A DNA stretch of 32,000 nt. It comes from Escherichia coli. GTDB lineage: Bacteria; Pseudomonadota; Gammaproteobacteria; Enterobacterales; Enterobacteriaceae. The translations under genes and the position numbers were made by a program. The stretch is from assembly GCF_048571625.1 (NCBI RefSeq), contig NZ_CP074954.1. One strand, written 5' to 3'. The notes under the pieces are model-generated. The model saw only the letters and a list, made by a program, of their open reading frames with translations, searched no databases and was not told where the DNA came from. Of this stretch, positions 1 to 11,577 are shown piece by piece (position 1 is the stretch's first letter; the number at the start of each line of letters is the position of its first letter).

Positions 1-1
1 A

Positions 2-556
2 CCGGAAGAGAGCACCATTTTCCAGAAATACCCGCTGGTGTTAACCCAGAAGCGGCTGGTGACCTTTATTGCCGATAACTTTCGCCTGATGGCGATGGGT
101 AAAATCGACGCCCATGAACTGGAAGGCATTCTCGATCAGGAACTGGACACTGCGGAAGAGTCGCTGCTCACGCCGTCGCGCTCGCTGCAACGTACCGCCG
201 AAGCGATGCCGGGATTTGGTATTTGTGCAGCAGTGCTGGGGATCATCATCACCATGCAGTCGATTGACGGCTCTATTGCCCTGATCGGCCTGAAAGTGGC
301 GGCAGCGCTGGTGGGGACGTTTTTAGGCGTCTTTATCTGCTACTGCCTGATGGACCCGCTCGCCAACGCCATGGAACAACAGGCGCGGGCAGAACATTCT
401 TTGCTGGAATGCGTGCGCACTGTGCTGGTGGCGCAGGCAGGCGGCAAACCGACGCTGCTGGCGGTGGATGCCGGGCGTAAGCTGCTGCATCTGGCGTCCA
501 AACCGACCTTCGCCAACCTCGACGCGTGGGTGAATGCGATGCTGGAGCAAGAATAA
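2..556 (+). CDS. lafT: LafT, MotA-like lateral flagellar (Flag-2) motor protein, C-terminal part; 5' end outside window
   Basis: Open frame continues to the left edge (PEESTIFQKYPLVLTQKRLVTF...); MotA-like text GFGICAAVLGIIITMQSIDG...LVGTFLGVFICYCLMDPLA; directly precedes a MotB-like gene. Confidence 0.85.
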   Translation, partial: PEESTIFQKYPLVLTQKRLVTFIADNFRLMAMGKIDAHELEGILDQELDTAEESLLTPSRSLQRTAEAMPGFGICAAVLGIIITMQSIDGSIALIGLKVAAALVGTFLGVFICYCLMDPLANAMEQQARAEHSLLECVRTVLVAQAGGKPTLLAVDAGRKLLHLASKPTFANLDAWVNAMLEQE

Positions 557-558
557 GC

Positions 559-1482
559 ATGAGAAAGACGGGCAACCGCCGCGAGCGTGGGGCAAAAACC
601 ACCATCGTCCGGCGGCAGATCAAAAAGAATCATGCCGGGCATCATGGCGGGGCGTGGAAGGTGGCGTTCGCCGACTTTACCCTGGCGATGATGGCGCTGT
701 TTATGACGCTGTGGATTGTCAACAGCGTCAGTAAATCCGAGCGTGAAAGCATTATCGCCGCGCTGCACGGGCAGTCGATTTTTAACGGTGGCGGGCTGTC
801 GCCGTTAAATAAAATCAGCCCGTCTCATCCGCCAAAACCTGCCACCGTGGCGGTGCCGGAAGAGACGGAGAAAAAAGCGCGTGATGTGAATGAGAAAACG
901 GCGCTGCTGAAGAAGAAATCCGCCACCGAGCTTGGCGAGCTGGCAACCAGTATCAACACCATTGCCCGTGATGCGCATATGGAAGCGAATCTGGAGATGG
1001 AGATTGTTCCCCAGGGATTACGCGTACTGATTAAAGACGACCAGAATCGCAATATGTTCGAACGCGGCAGCGCGCAGATTATGCCGTTCTTTAAAACGCT
1101 GCTGGTGGAGCTCGCGCCAGTTTTCGACTCGCTCGATAACAAAATTATTATTACCGGGCATACCGATGCGATGGCTTACAAAAACAATATCTACAACAAC
1201 TGGAACCTTTCGGGTGACCGCGCGCTTTCGGCTCGTCGGGTGCTGGAAGAGGCCGGAATGCCGGAAGATAAAGTGATGCAGGTAAGCGCAATGGCGGACC
1301 AGATGCTGCTGGATTCCAAAAATCCGCAAAGCGCGGGCAACCGGCGCATTGAGATTATGGTGCTGACCAAAAGTGCGTCCGATACGCTGTATCAATACTT
1401 TGGTCAGCATGGGGATAAAGTGGTGCAGCCGCTGGTGCAAAAGCTGGATAAGCAGCAGGTGCTTTCGCAGCGAACGCGTTAA
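559..1482 (+). CDS. lafU: LafU, MotB-like lateral flagellar motor protein with OmpA-like C-terminal domain
   Basis: ATG at 559 (MRKTGNRRERGAKTTIVRRQIKKNHAGHHGGAWKVAFADFTLAMMALFMTLWIV); OmpA-like IIITGHTDAMAYKNNIYNNWNLSGDRALSARRVLEEAG; located just before dinB. Confidence 0.88.
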   Translation: MRKTGNRRERGAKTTIVRRQIKKNHAGHHGGAWKVAFADFTLAMMALFMTLWIVNSVSKSERESIIAALHGQSIFNGGGLSPLNKISPSHPPKPATVAVPEETEKKARDVNEKTALLKKKSATELGELATSINTIARDAHMEANLEMEIVPQGLRVLIKDDQNRNMFERGSAQIMPFFKTLLVELAPVFDSLDNKIIITGHTDAMAYKNNIYNNWNLSGDRALSARRVLEEAGMPEDKVMQVSAMADQMLLDSKNPQSAGNRRIEIMVLTKSASDTLYQYFGQHGDKVVQPLVQKLDKQQVLSQRTR

Positions 1483-1520
1483 ATGCTGAATCTTTACGCA
1501 TTTCTCAAACCCTGAAATCA

Positions 1521-1536
1521 CTGTATACTTTACCAG
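1521..1536 (+). promoter_or_regulatory. LexA-box-like operator upstream of dinB (CTGTATACTTTACCAG)
   Basis: CTGT-N8-type SOS box 17 bp upstream of the dinB start, as expected for this SOS gene. Confidence 0.75.
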
Positions 1537-1552
1537 TGTTGAGAGGTGAGTA

Positions 1553-2608
1553 ATGCGTAAAATCATTCATGTGGATATGGACTGCTTTTTCGCAGCGGTG
1601 GAGATGCGCGACAATCCCGCCCTGCGCGATATCCCTATTGCTATTGGCGGCAGCCGCGAACGTCGGGGGGTGATCAGCACCGCCAATTATCCCGCGCGTA
1701 AATTTGGCGTACGTAGCGCTATGCCGACAGGGATGGCGCTCAAATTATGCCCGCATCTCACCTTGCTTCCGGGGCGCTTTGACGCCTACAAAGAAGCCTC
1801 AAATCATATCCGTGAAATCTTCTCGCGCTACACCTCGCGTATTGAACCGTTGTCACTGGATGAGGCTTATCTCGACGTCACCGATAGCGTCCATTGCCAC
1901 GGTTCTGCGACCCTCATCGCCCAGGAAATCCGCCAGACGATTTTCAGCGAGCTGCAACTGACAGCGTCTGCGGGCGTGGCACCAGTAAAGTTTCTCGCCA
2001 AAATCGCCTCCGACATGAATAAACCCAACGGTCAGTTTGTGATTACGCCGGCAGAAGTTCCGGCATTTTTACAAACCTTACCGCTGGCAAAAATCCCCGG
2101 CGTCGGCAAAGTCTCGGCGGCAAAACTGGAAGCGATGGGGCTGCGGACCTGCGGTGATGTACAAAAGTGTGATCTGGTGATGCTGCTTAAACGCTTTGGC
2201 AAATTTGGCCGCATTTTGTGGGAGCGTAGTCAGGGGATTGACGAGCGCGACGTTAACAGCGAACGGTTACGAAAATCCGTCGGCGTGGAACGCACGATGG
2301 CGGAAGATATTCATCACTGGTCTGAATGTGAAGCGATTATCGAGCGGCTGTATCCGGAACTTGAACGCCGTCTGGCAAAGGTAAAACCTGATTTACTGAT
2401 CGCCCGTCAGGGAGTGAAATTAAAGTTTGATGATTTTCAGCAAACCACTCAGGAGCACGTCTGGCCGCGGCTGAATAAAGCTGACTTAATCGCCACCGCG
2501 CGTAAAACCTGGGATGAACGCCGCGGCGGGCGCGGTGTGCGACTGGTGGGGCTGCATGTGACGTTGCTTGACCCGCAAATGGAAAGACAACTGGTGCTGG
2601 GATTATGA
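1553..2608 (+). CDS. dinB: DNA polymerase IV (Y-family)
   Basis: 351 aa, [33 protein letters not shown]...; Y-family motifs; SOS box upstream. Confidence 0.97.
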   Translation: MRKIIHVDMDCFFAAVEMRDNPALRDIPIAIGGSRERRGVISTANYPARKFGVRSAMPTGMALKLCPHLTLLPGRFDAYKEASNHIREIFSRYTSRIEPLSLDEAYLDVTDSVHCHGSATLIAQEIRQTIFSELQLTASAGVAPVKFLAKIASDMNKPNGQFVITPAEVPAFLQTLPLAKIPGVGKVSAAKLEAMGLRTCGDVQKCDLVMLLKRFGKFGRILWERSQGIDERDVNSERLRKSVGVERTMAEDIHHWSECEAIIERLYPELERRLAKVKPDLLIARQGVKLKFDDFQQTTQEHVWPRLNKADLIATARKTWDERRGGRGVRLVGLHVTLLDPQMERQLVLGL

Positions 2609-3057
2609 ATAACATACAAATAAGAGACTATCAGCCTGGCGATTTTCAGCAACTATGCGCTATTTTCATTAGAGCGGTTACGATGACTGCCAGTCAGCAT
2701 TATTCACCACAACAAATTGCCGCCTGGGCGCAGATTGACGAATCTCGCTGGAAGGAGAAACTCGCGAAATCACAAGTGCGGGTTGCAGTCATTAATGCAA
2801 AACTGGTCGGCTTTATTACCTGCGTTGAACACTATATCGATATGTTATTTGTTGACCCTGAATACACCCGCCGTGGGGTTGCCAGCGCTTTGTTAAAACC
2901 TTTGATTAAGTCTGAATCCGAACTTACGGTGGACGCAAGCATAACCGCAAAACCCTTTTTTGAACGTTATGGTTTTCAGACAGTTAAGCAGCAACGCGTT
3001 GAATGTCGGGGAGAGTGGTTTATTAATTTTTATATGCGTTATAAACAGCAACATTAA
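2605..3057 (+). CDS. yafP: GNAT-family acetyltransferase YafP
   Basis: 150 aa [43 protein letters not shown]; GNAT text [22 protein letters not shown]; ATGA overlap with the dinB stop. Confidence 0.88.
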   Translation: MNNIQIRDYQPGDFQQLCAIFIRAVTMTASQHYSPQQIAAWAQIDESRWKEKLAKSQVRVAVINAKLVGFITCVEHYIDMLFVDPEYTRRGVASALLKPLIKSESELTVDASITAKPFFERYGFQTVKQQRVECRGEWFINFYMRYKQQH

Positions 3058-3134
3058 ATCCAGCTTGCAATGAAAATAACGCAAGCCTAGTATGTGCGCG
3101 TTTTCTTATTCCACAAACTGCAAGGAGGTAAATC

Positions 3135-3182
3135 ATGACAAATCCTTTATCAATGACTCTTTGCAGACCTTTCCAGGATTAA
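3135..3182 (+). CDS. Possible 15-codon leader/small ORF (MTNPLSMTLCRPFQD) upstream of the rtcB-like gene
   Basis: Strong Shine-Dalgarno AAGGAGGT directly before ATG; short ORF ending TAA. Confidence 0.3.
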   Translation: MTNPLSMTLCRPFQD

Positions 3183-3302
3183 TTCTTTTTTTCTTGCCCT
3201 GGATTCGTCTGCCATTTCCTGATTTTTTAATTGTTACTCTCAATAATTCAAGTCGCAACACATGCAACTTGAAGTATGACGAGTCTATTTACGGAATGGT
3301 AT

Positions 3303-4442
3303 ATGGGCAATTATATTCGTCCCTTATCCGATGCGGTATTTACCATCGCATCTGATGACCTGTGGATCGAGAGTTTAGCGATCCAACAATTACACACCAC
3401 GGCAAATTTACCCAACATGCAGCGCGTAGTGGGGATGCCAGATTTACATCCCGGACGCGGCTATCCGATTGGCGCAGCGTTCTTCTCTGTTGGTCGTTTT
3501 TATCCGGCACTGGTCGGCAATGATATCGGCTGCGGTATGGCGCTATGGCAAACAGATATTCTCGCTCGCAAATACAACGCCGATAAGTTTGAAAAGCGAT
3601 TATCAGATCTGGATGACGTTGCTGAAGAAAGCTGGCTGGAGGAAAACCTGCCGTCAGCATTTGCACAGCATCCGTGGCGCAGCTCGCTTGGCTCTATCGG
3701 TGGCGGCAATCATTTCGCTGAACTGCAACAAGTTGATCAAATCATCAACGCTGAACTGTTTGCACTGGCAGGTCTGGATGCACAACATCTGCAACTGTTG
3801 GTTCATAGCGGCTCGCGGGGGGTGGGGCAGTCTATTTTACAGCGGCATATTGCCTCGTTCTCGCATCATGGTTTGCCTCAAGGCAGTGACGACGCGCTAC
3901 GGTATATTGCGGAACATGACGATGCGCTGGCGTTTGCGTGTATTAATCGCCAGATGATCGCTTTGCGCATAATGCAACAAGTTAAGGCCACGGGAAGTCC
4001 GGTTCTGGATGTGGCGCATAACTTTGTTAGCGCGTGTCAAATCGGCGATCAACAGGGCTGGTTGCATCGTAAAGGTGCCACGCCGGATGACAACGGTCTG
4101 GTGATTATTCCCGGTTCACGTGGTGATTACTCCTGGATTGTACAGCCTGTTGCGAACGAAAAAACGCTCCACTCGCTGGCGCATGGGGCAGGGCGTAAAT
4201 GGGGGCGCACCGAGTGTAAAGGGCGTCTGGCAGCGAAATACACGGCGACGCAACTCTCGCGTACTGAACTTGGCAGTCGGGTAATTTGTCGCGATAAACA
4301 ACTCATCTTTGAAGAAGCGCCACAAGCCTATAAATCGGCTGAAAGCGTGGTGCAATGTCTGGTGCAGGCCGGTTTAATTATTCCTGTCGCGCGGCTGCGT
4401 CCGGTGCTAACGCTCAAAAACAGTGGAGGGAAAAAAGGATGA
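3303..4442 (+). CDS. RtcB-family RNA ligase paralog (RtcB2-type, PrfH-associated)
   Basis: [19 protein letters not shown]..., RtcB signatures [39 protein letters not shown]-like [19 protein letters not shown]; stop overlaps the prfH start. Confidence 0.9.
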   Translation: MGNYIRPLSDAVFTIASDDLWIESLAIQQLHTTANLPNMQRVVGMPDLHPGRGYPIGAAFFSVGRFYPALVGNDIGCGMALWQTDILARKYNADKFEKRLSDLDDVAEESWLEENLPSAFAQHPWRSSLGSIGGGNHFAELQQVDQIINAELFALAGLDAQHLQLLVHSGSRGVGQSILQRHIASFSHHGLPQGSDDALRYIAEHDDALAFACINRQMIALRIMQQVKATGSPVLDVAHNFVSACQIGDQQGWLHRKGATPDDNGLVIIPGSRGDYSWIVQPVANEKTLHSLAHGAGRKWGRTECKGRLAAKYTATQLSRTELGSRVICRDKQLIFEEAPQAYKSAESVVQCLVQAGLIIPVARLRPVLTLKNSGGKKG

Positions 4443-5053
4443 TCTTGCTACAACTCTCCTCAGCGCAGGGGCCGGAAGAATGTTGTCTCGCAGTGAAAAA
4501 GGCGCTGGACAGGCTAATTAAAGAAGCTGCCCGACAAGACGTCGCGGTAACGGTGCTGGAAACAGAAACGGGCCACTACTCTGACACGCTGCGTTCGGCG
4601 CTGATTTCTCTGGATGGCGATAACGCATGGGCATTAAGCGAAAGCTGGTGTGGCACTATTCAGTGGATTTGTCCGAGTCCGTATCGGCCTCATCATGGGC
4701 GCAAAAACTGGTTTCTGGGCATTGGGCGTTTTACCGCTGATGAGCAGGAACAATCGGATGCAATCCGTTATGAGACGTTGCGTTCGTCGGGGCCGGGCGG
4801 TCAACATGTCAATAAAACCGACTCGGCGGTACGCGCCACGCATTTGGCATCCGGTATTAGCGTGAAGGTTCAGTCAGAGCGTAGTCAGCATGCTAACAAG
4901 CGGCTGGCACGATTGCTGATTGCCTGGAAGCTGGAGCAGCAGCAACAGGAAAATAGCGCGGTGCTGAAATCGCTGCGGCGAATGTTCCATCACCAGATTG
5001 AACGTGGCAACCCGAGACGGACATTTACAGGGATGGCTTTTATCGAAGGATAA
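4439..5053 (+). CDS. prfH: Peptide chain release factor homolog PrfH (full length)
   Basis: 204 aa; GGQ motif in [43 protein letters not shown]; ATGA overlap with the upstream rtcB-like gene. Confidence 0.9.
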   Translation: MILLQLSSAQGPEECCLAVKKALDRLIKEAARQDVAVTVLETETGHYSDTLRSALISLDGDNAWALSESWCGTIQWICPSPYRPHHGRKNWFLGIGRFTADEQEQSDAIRYETLRSSGPGGQHVNKTDSAVRATHLASGISVKVQSERSQHANKRLARLLIAWKLEQQQQENSAVLKSLRRMFHHQIERGNPRRTFTGMAFIEG

Positions 5054-5066
5054 TGAAGGATGAAAC

Positions 5067-5096
5067 TGCCGGAAGGCGATTAAACGCCATCCGGCA
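5067..5096. terminator. Bidirectional terminator/REP-like hairpin between convergent prfH and pepD
   Basis: TGCCGGAAGGCG gattaa CGCCATCCGGCA. Confidence 0.7.
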
Positions 5097-5109
5097 GCAA
5101 ATCAAATAA

Positions 5110-6567
5110 TTACTTCGCCGGAATTTCTTTCAGCAGTTCAGTCAGCAGCGTCCAGTAATGACCTACGCTTTCGATGTGAACTTGCTCATCCGGAGAGTGT
5201 GGACCGGTGATAGTTGGCCCGATAGAAACCATGTCCATTTCCGGATACGGTTTTTTGAACAGACCACATTCCAGGCCCGCGTGGATAATCTGGATGTTCG
5301 GTGTTTTGTTGAACAGACGCTGATAGGTTTCACGTACCAGATGCATCACCGGAGAATTAGCGTCCGGCTGCCAGCCAGGATATGCGCCTTTCGCTTCGGT
5401 TTTCGCGCCAGCTAGTTTACCCAGCGAATCCAGCATGCTCACCACGTAGTCTTTACCGCTGTCGATCAGTGAACGGATCAGGCAGTGAATTTCTACGTTA
5501 TTGTCAGTCATGGTCACCACACCGACGTTCAGGGAGGTTTCGACCACACCTTTTGCCACGTCGGAATTGCGGATCACACCGTTCGGGGTGGCGTTCAGCA
5601 GACGAATAAAGGTATCGCGAGATTTCGCAATCAGGGCAGCTTTATCGTTCGCTACAGAGTCCAGCAACAAGGCCAGATTTTTCTCTTTCTCTGCCAGCTC
5701 GTTTTTCAGGATCTCCTGATAGGTATTCACCAGAGATTTCAGGACGTCGACTTTATCAGCTGCGACAGCAATGGTCGCAAAGGCTTCACGCGGGATGGCG
5801 TTACGCAGTGTGCCGCCGTTGAAATCGATAAGGCGCAGATCCAGTTCTTCCGCATGACCCGCCAGGAAGCGCACCAGTAGTTTGTTGGCATTACCCAGGC
5901 CAACGTGGATTTCACCGCCGGAGTGACCGCCTTTCAGACCTTTTAAGGTTAACTTGAAGGTTTCAAAACCAGCTGGAACCGCTTCACGATCTAAATGCAG
6001 GTTGGAGGTGAAGTCGATACCCCCCGCACAACCCATGTAGATTTCACCTTCTTCTTCGGAGTCGGTGTTAATCAGAATATCAGCCTGCAACCAGTTGCTC
6101 TGTAAGCCGAACGCACCGTCCATACCGGCTTCTTCGGTCATGGTCAGCAGCACTTCCAGCGGGCCGTGAACCACGTTTTCGTCAGCCAGAACCGCCAGCG
6201 CAGACGCCATACCAATGCCGTTATCTGCACCCAGCGTGGTGCCGCGCGCTTTAACCCATTCGCCATCAATATAAGGCTGGATAGGATCTTTCGTGAAGTC
6301 ATGCACGGTGTCGTTATTTTTCTGCGGCACCATATCGAGGTGGGCCTGTAAGACGACCGGTTTACGATTTTCCATACCTGCGGTAGCAGGTTTACGAATC
6401 AGGATATTACCTACCTGATCGCGTTCGACATGGAAACCTTTCTCTTTTGCCCAACCAACAATGTATTCAGCGAGTTGCTCTTCATGATAGGACGGGTGAG
6501 GAATAGAACAGATTTTGGCAAAAATATCCCACAGCGGCTGTGGAGATAATTGAGACAGTTCAGACAC
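5110..6567 (-). CDS. pepD: Aminoacyl-histidine dipeptidase (peptidase D)
   Basis: 485 aa MSELSQLSPQPLWDIFAKICSIPHPSYHEEQLAEYIVGWAKEKGF; M20-type metal site LQAHLDMVPQ, synteny with gpt. Confidence 0.97.
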   Translation of the reverse strand: MSELSQLSPQPLWDIFAKICSIPHPSYHEEQLAEYIVGWAKEKGFHVERDQVGNILIRKPATAGMENRKPVVLQAHLDMVPQKNNDTVHDFTKDPIQPYIDGEWVKARGTTLGADNGIGMASALAVLADENVVHGPLEVLLTMTEEAGMDGAFGLQSNWLQADILINTDSEEEGEIYMGCAGGIDFTSNLHLDREAVPAGFETFKLTLKGLKGGHSGGEIHVGLGNANKLLVRFLAGHAEELDLRLIDFNGGTLRNAIPREAFATIAVAADKVDVLKSLVNTYQEILKNELAEKEKNLALLLDSVANDKAALIAKSRDTFIRLLNATPNGVIRNSDVAKGVVETSLNVGVVTMTDNNVEIHCLIRSLIDSGKDYVVSMLDSLGKLAGAKTEAKGAYPGWQPDANSPVMHLVRETYQRLFNKTPNIQIIHAGLECGLFKKPYPEMDMVSIGPTITGPHSPDEQVHIESVGHYWTLLTELLKEIPAK

Positions 6568-6827
6568 GTTAAGTCTCCTTGTCGATCACCCGCAAAACAG
6601 TATTGCAGGTCACAGGGTTAGCAGAAAATGTTGTCAACACAAGACAGGCTTGCGAGATATGTTTGAGAATACCACTTTATCCCGCGTCAGGGAGAGGCAG
6701 TGCGTAAAAAGACGCGGACTCATGTGAAATACTGGTTTTTAGTGCGCCAGATCTCTATAATCTCGCGCAACCTATTTTCCCCTCGAACACTTTTTAAGCC
6801 GTAGATAAACAGGCTGGGACACTTCAC

Positions 6828-7286
6828 ATGAGCGAAAAATACATCGTCACCTGGGACATGTTGCAGATCCATGCACGTAAACTCGCAAGCCGACTGATGC
6901 CTTCTGAACAATGGAAAGGCATTATTGCCGTAAGCCGTGGCGGTCTGGTACCGGGTGCGTTACTGGCGCGTGAACTGGGTATTCGTCATGTCGATACCGT
7001 TTGTATTTCCAGCTACGATCACGACAACCAGCGCGAGCTTAAAGTGCTGAAACGCGCAGAAGGCGATGGCGAAGGCTTCATCGTTATTGATGACCTGGTG
7101 GATACCGGTGGTACTGCTGTTGCGATTCGTGAAATGTATCCAAAAGCGCACTTTGTCACCATCTTCGCAAAACCGGCTGGTCGTCCGCTGGTTGATGACT
7201 ATGTTGTTGATATCCCGCAAGATACCTGGATCGAACAGCCGTGGGATATGGGCGTCGTATTCGTCCCGCCAATCTCCGGTCGCTAA
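6828..7286 (+). CDS. gpt: Xanthine-guanine phosphoribosyltransferase
   Basis: 152 aa [43 protein letters not shown]; PRPP motif [11 protein letters not shown]. Confidence 0.98.
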
Positions 7287-7377
7287 TCTTTTCAACGCCT
7301 GGCACTGCCGGGCGTTGTTCTTTTTAACTTCAGGCAGGTTACAATAGTTTCCAGTAAGTATTCTGGAGGCTGCATCC

Positions 7378-8622
7378 ATGACACAGGCAAACCTGAGCGA
7401 AACCCTGTTCAAACCCCGCTTTAAACATCCTGAAACCTCGACGCTAGTCCGCCGCTTTAATCACGGCGCACAACCGCCTGTGCAGTCGGCTCTTGATGGT
7501 AAAACCATCCCTCACTGGTATCGCATGATTAACCGTCTGATGTGGATCTGGCGCGGTATTGACCCACGTGAAATCCTCGACGTCCAGGCACGTATTGTGA
7601 TGAGCGATGCTGAACGTACCGACGATGATTTATACGATACTGTGATTGGCTACCGTGGTGGCAACTGGATTTATGAGTGGGCCACCCAGGCGATGGTGTG
7701 GCAACAAAAAGCCTGTGCGGAAGAAGATCCGCAACTCAGTGGTCGACACTGGCTGCATGCGGCTACGTTGTACAACATTGCCGCCTATCCTCATCTGAAA
7801 GGAGATGACCTGGCCGAGCAAGCGCAGGCTTTATCAAACCGCGCCTATGAAGAGGCCGCCCAGCGTCTGCCGGGCACGATGCGGCAGATGGAGTTTACCG
7901 TACCCGGCGGTGCGCCCATCACCGGCTTTTTGCATATGCCGAAAGGCGATGGCCCGTTCCCGACAGTATTAATGTGTGGTGGTCTGGATGCGATGCAGAC
8001 GGACTATTACAGCCTGTATGAACGTTATTTTGCGCCGCGCGGCATTGCGATGCTGACTATTGATATGCCATCGGTGGGCTTTTCTTCAAAATGGAAGCTC
8101 ACCCAGGACTCCAGCCTGTTGCATCAGCACGTCTTAAAGGCGCTGCCTAACGTACCGTGGGTGGATCACACTCGCGTCGCGGCCTTTGGTTTCCGTTTCG
8201 GCGCTAACGTTGCCGTGCGTCTGGCATATCTTGAATCGCCGCGTCTGAAAGCGGTTGCCTGTCTTGGTCCGGTAGTTCATACCCTGTTGAGTGATTTTAA
8301 GTGCCAGCAACAGGTGCCGGAAATGTATCTTGACGTTCTGGCGAGTCGTTTGGGGATGCATGATGCTTCCGATGACGCGTTACGCGTGGAGCTGAATCGC
8401 TATTCATTAAAAGTGCAAGGATTGCTGGGGCGTCGCTGCCCAACGCCAATGTTATCAGGCTACTGGAAGAACGATCCGTTCAGCCCGGAAGAGGACTCAC
8501 GCTTAATCACCTCATCATCTGCTGACGGTAAATTATTAGAGATCCCATTTAACCCGGTGTATCGGAATTTTGACAAAGGTCTTCAGGAAATCACCGGCTG
8601 GATCGAAAAACGCTTGTGTTAA
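7378..8622 (+). CDS. frsA: FrsA, fermentation/respiration switch protein (esterase-like)
   Basis: 414 aa [27 protein letters not shown]; synteny gpt-frsA-crl. Confidence 0.95.
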   Translation: MTQANLSETLFKPRFKHPETSTLVRRFNHGAQPPVQSALDGKTIPHWYRMINRLMWIWRGIDPREILDVQARIVMSDAERTDDDLYDTVIGYRGGNWIYEWATQAMVWQQKACAEEDPQLSGRHWLHAATLYNIAAYPHLKGDDLAEQAQALSNRAYEEAAQRLPGTMRQMEFTVPGGAPITGFLHMPKGDGPFPTVLMCGGLDAMQTDYYSLYERYFAPRGIAMLTIDMPSVGFSSKWKLTQDSSLLHQHVLKALPNVPWVDHTRVAAFGFRFGANVAVRLAYLESPRLKAVACLGPVVHTLLSDFKCQQQVPEMYLDVLASRLGMHDASDDALRVELNRYSLKVQGLLGRRCPTPMLSGYWKNDPFSPEEDSRLITSSSADGKLLEIPFNPVYRNFDKGLQEITGWIEKRLC

Positions 8623-9081
<459 letters not shown>

Positions 9082-9089
9082 GTGAAATG

Positions 9090-9112
9090 TGCCGGATGCA
9101 TCACATCCGGCA
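9090..9112. terminator. Hairpin between convergent crl and phoE
   Basis: TGCCGGATG catca CATCCGGCA perfect 9-bp stem. Confidence 0.65.
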
Positions 9113-9119
9113 ATAATCA

Positions 9120-10175
9120 TTAAAACTGATAGGTCATGCCAACCGCGACAATATCATCATTATTAATATTCAATTTGTTATCGCTATCCAGTTGGTTGAT
9201 TTTATAATCAACAAACGCTGACATATTTTTGTTGAAATAATATGTAGCCCCGACATCGATATAATTGACCAGATCTTCATCACCGATACCTTCAATATCT
9301 TTCCCTTTCGATAAGACATAACCCAGCGATGGACGCAGACCAAAGTCAAACTGGTATTGAGCGACCGCTTCAAAGTTCTGTGTCTTATTGGCAAAGCCGC
9401 CAGTTATTGGCGTCATTTTGCGTGTTTCAGAATAAAAAGTTGCCAGATAAAAATTATTGGCATCGTATTTCAGACCTGTAGCCCATGCTTCTGCACGCTT
9501 GCCTGTGCCACGGCTTTGCAGGTTCTGCTCGTTGGTGCGATCTGAGTTGGTATAGGCCCCACTAATGGCGAAATCGCTGCCGCCAAAGTCATATGTCAAT
9601 GACGTGCCGAAGCCATCGCCGTTTTGCTTTTTAACGTCGCGGTTTTCGTTTTTCCCTTGATATTGCAGGGTTAAGTTCAGGCCATCGATAACGCCGAAGA
9701 AGTCGGTGTTCCGATACGTCGCCAGACCGCTGGCGCGTTTGGTCATAAAGTTGTCGGTCTGCGCCGAGGAATCGCCACCAAATTCCGGGAACATATCGGT
9801 CCAGGCTTCCACGTCATACAACGCGCCCAGGTTACGACCATAATCGAAAGAACCCAAATCTTTATATTTCAACCCGGCAAAAGCGAGACGCGTTTTTTGC
9901 TGTGCGGTATCACTCTCCGCTTTATTTCCGGCAAACTCCGCTTCCCACCGACCATAACCAGTCAGTTGATCGTTAATTTGTGTTTCACCTTTAAAACCAA
10001 AACGGATATAACTCTGGTCGCCATCTTTACTGGCGTTATCACTCATATAATGCATGGCTTTAACTTTGCCATAGACATCCAGTTTATTACCGTCTTTATT
10101 ATATATTTCTGCAGCCTGTACAGATGCAGATGCCACAATGCCCATCACCACTAATGCCAGAGTGCTCTTTTTCAT
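9120..10175 (-). CDS. phoE: Outer membrane phosphoporin PhoE
   Basis: [47 protein letters not shown]...; porin C-terminus VAVGMTYQF. Track ORF extends two codons further (to 10181). Confidence 0.97.
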   Translation of the reverse strand: MKKSTLALVVMGIVASASVQAAEIYNKDGNKLDVYGKVKAMHYMSDNASKDGDQSYIRFGFKGETQINDQLTGYGRWEAEFAGNKAESDTAQQKTRLAFAGLKYKDLGSFDYGRNLGALYDVEAWTDMFPEFGGDSSAQTDNFMTKRASGLATYRNTDFFGVIDGLNLTLQYQGKNENRDVKKQNGDGFGTSLTYDFGGSDFAISGAYTNSDRTNEQNLQSRGTGKRAEAWATGLKYDANNFYLATFYSETRKMTPITGGFANKTQNFEAVAQYQFDFGLRPSLGYVLSKGKDIEGIGDEDLVNYIDVGATYYFNKNMSAFVDYKINQLDSDNKLNINNDDIVAVGMTYQF

Positions 10176-10256
10176 TTTCATTCCTGATTTTAATTAACGC
10201 GCGAATATTCAGCGGGAGAGCCCCGTTGAAAACAGGAAAGTTTTTAACCTGAGATT

Positions 10257-10274
10257 GTTAAAGATATATTACAG
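10257..10274 (-). promoter_or_regulatory. Pho box upstream of phoE (minus strand CTGTAATATATCTTTAAC)
   Basis: Two 7-bp direct repeats of CTGTNAT-type around an AT-rich linker, located upstream of phoE. Confidence 0.75.
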
Positions 10275-10462
10275 ATTAATAATATTCTTAAAATGTGGTA
10301 ATTTATTAAATCTGTAATAAAAGCGTAAACAACTGCCGCTAGGCTTGCTGATCCCGCGCAACAAAACGCCATGCTTTGCTCGCAGATGGTTGGCAACCGA
10401 CGACAGTCCTGCTAAAACGTTCGTTTGATATCATTTTTCCTAAAATTGAATGGCAGAGAATC

Positions 10463-11566
10463 ATGAGTGACAGCCAGACGCTGGTGGTAAAACTCGGCAC
10501 CAGTGTGCTAACAGGCGGATCGCGCCGTCTGAACCGTGCCCATATCGTTGAACTTGTTCGCCAGTGCGCGCAGTTACATGCCGCCGGGCATCGGATTGTT
10601 ATTGTGACGTCGGGCGCGATCGCCGCCGGACGTGAGCACCTGGGTTACCCGGAACTGCCAGCGACTATCGCCTCGAAACAACTGCTGGCAGCGGTAGGGC
10701 AGAGTCGACTGATTCAACTGTGGGAACAGCTGTTTTCGATTTATGGCATTCACGTCGGGCAAATGCTGCTGACCCGTGCTGATATGGAAGACCGTGAACG
10801 CTTCCTGAACGCCCGCGACACCCTGCGTGCGTTGCTCGATAACAATATCGTTCCGGTAATCAATGAGAACGATGCTGTCGCTACGGCAGAGATTAAAGTC
10901 GGCGATAACGATAACCTTTCTGCGCTGGCGGCGATTCTGGCGGGTGCCGATAAACTGTTGCTGCTGACCGATCAAAAAGGTTTGTATACCGCTGACCCGC
11001 GCAGCAATCCGCAGGCAGAACTGATTAAAGATGTTTACGGCATTGATGACGCACTGCGCGCGATTGCCGGTGACAGCGTTTCAGGCCTCGGAACTGGCGG
11101 CATGAGTACCAAATTGCAGGCTGCTGACGTGGCTTGCCGTGCGGGTATCGACACCATTATTGCCGCGGGCAGCAAGCCGGGCGTTATTGGTGATGTGATG
11201 GAAGGCATTTCCGTCGGTACGCTGTTCCATGCCCAGGCGACTCCGCTTGAAAACCGTAAACGCTGGATTTTCGGTGCGCCGCCGGCGGGTGAAATCACGG
11301 TAGATGAAGGGGCAACTGCCGCCATTCTTGAACGCGGCAGCTCCCTGTTGCCGAAAGGCATTAAAAGCGTGACTGGCAATTTCTCGCGTGGTGAAGTCAT
11401 CCGCATTTGCAACCTCGAAGGTCGCGATATCGCCCACGGCGTCAGTCGTTACAACAGCGATGCATTACGCCGTATTGCCGGGCACCACTCGCAAGAAATT
11501 GATGCAATACTGGGATATGAATACGGCCCGGTTGCCGTTCACCGTGATGACATGATTACCCGTTAA
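10463..11566 (+). CDS. proB: Glutamate 5-kinase
   Basis: [38 protein letters not shown]; C-terminal PUA domain; followed by proA. Confidence 0.97.
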
Positions 11567-11577
11567 GGAGCAGGCTG

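Noticed and set aside
3092-3355. 87-aa ORF before rtcB
   Set aside because: No good start context and it overlaps the rtcB-like start; the 15-codon ORF in another frame has the strong SD.
5158-6351. Several ORFs antisense to pepD
   Set aside because: Shadow ORFs of a well-conserved essential-size gene frame; no family features.
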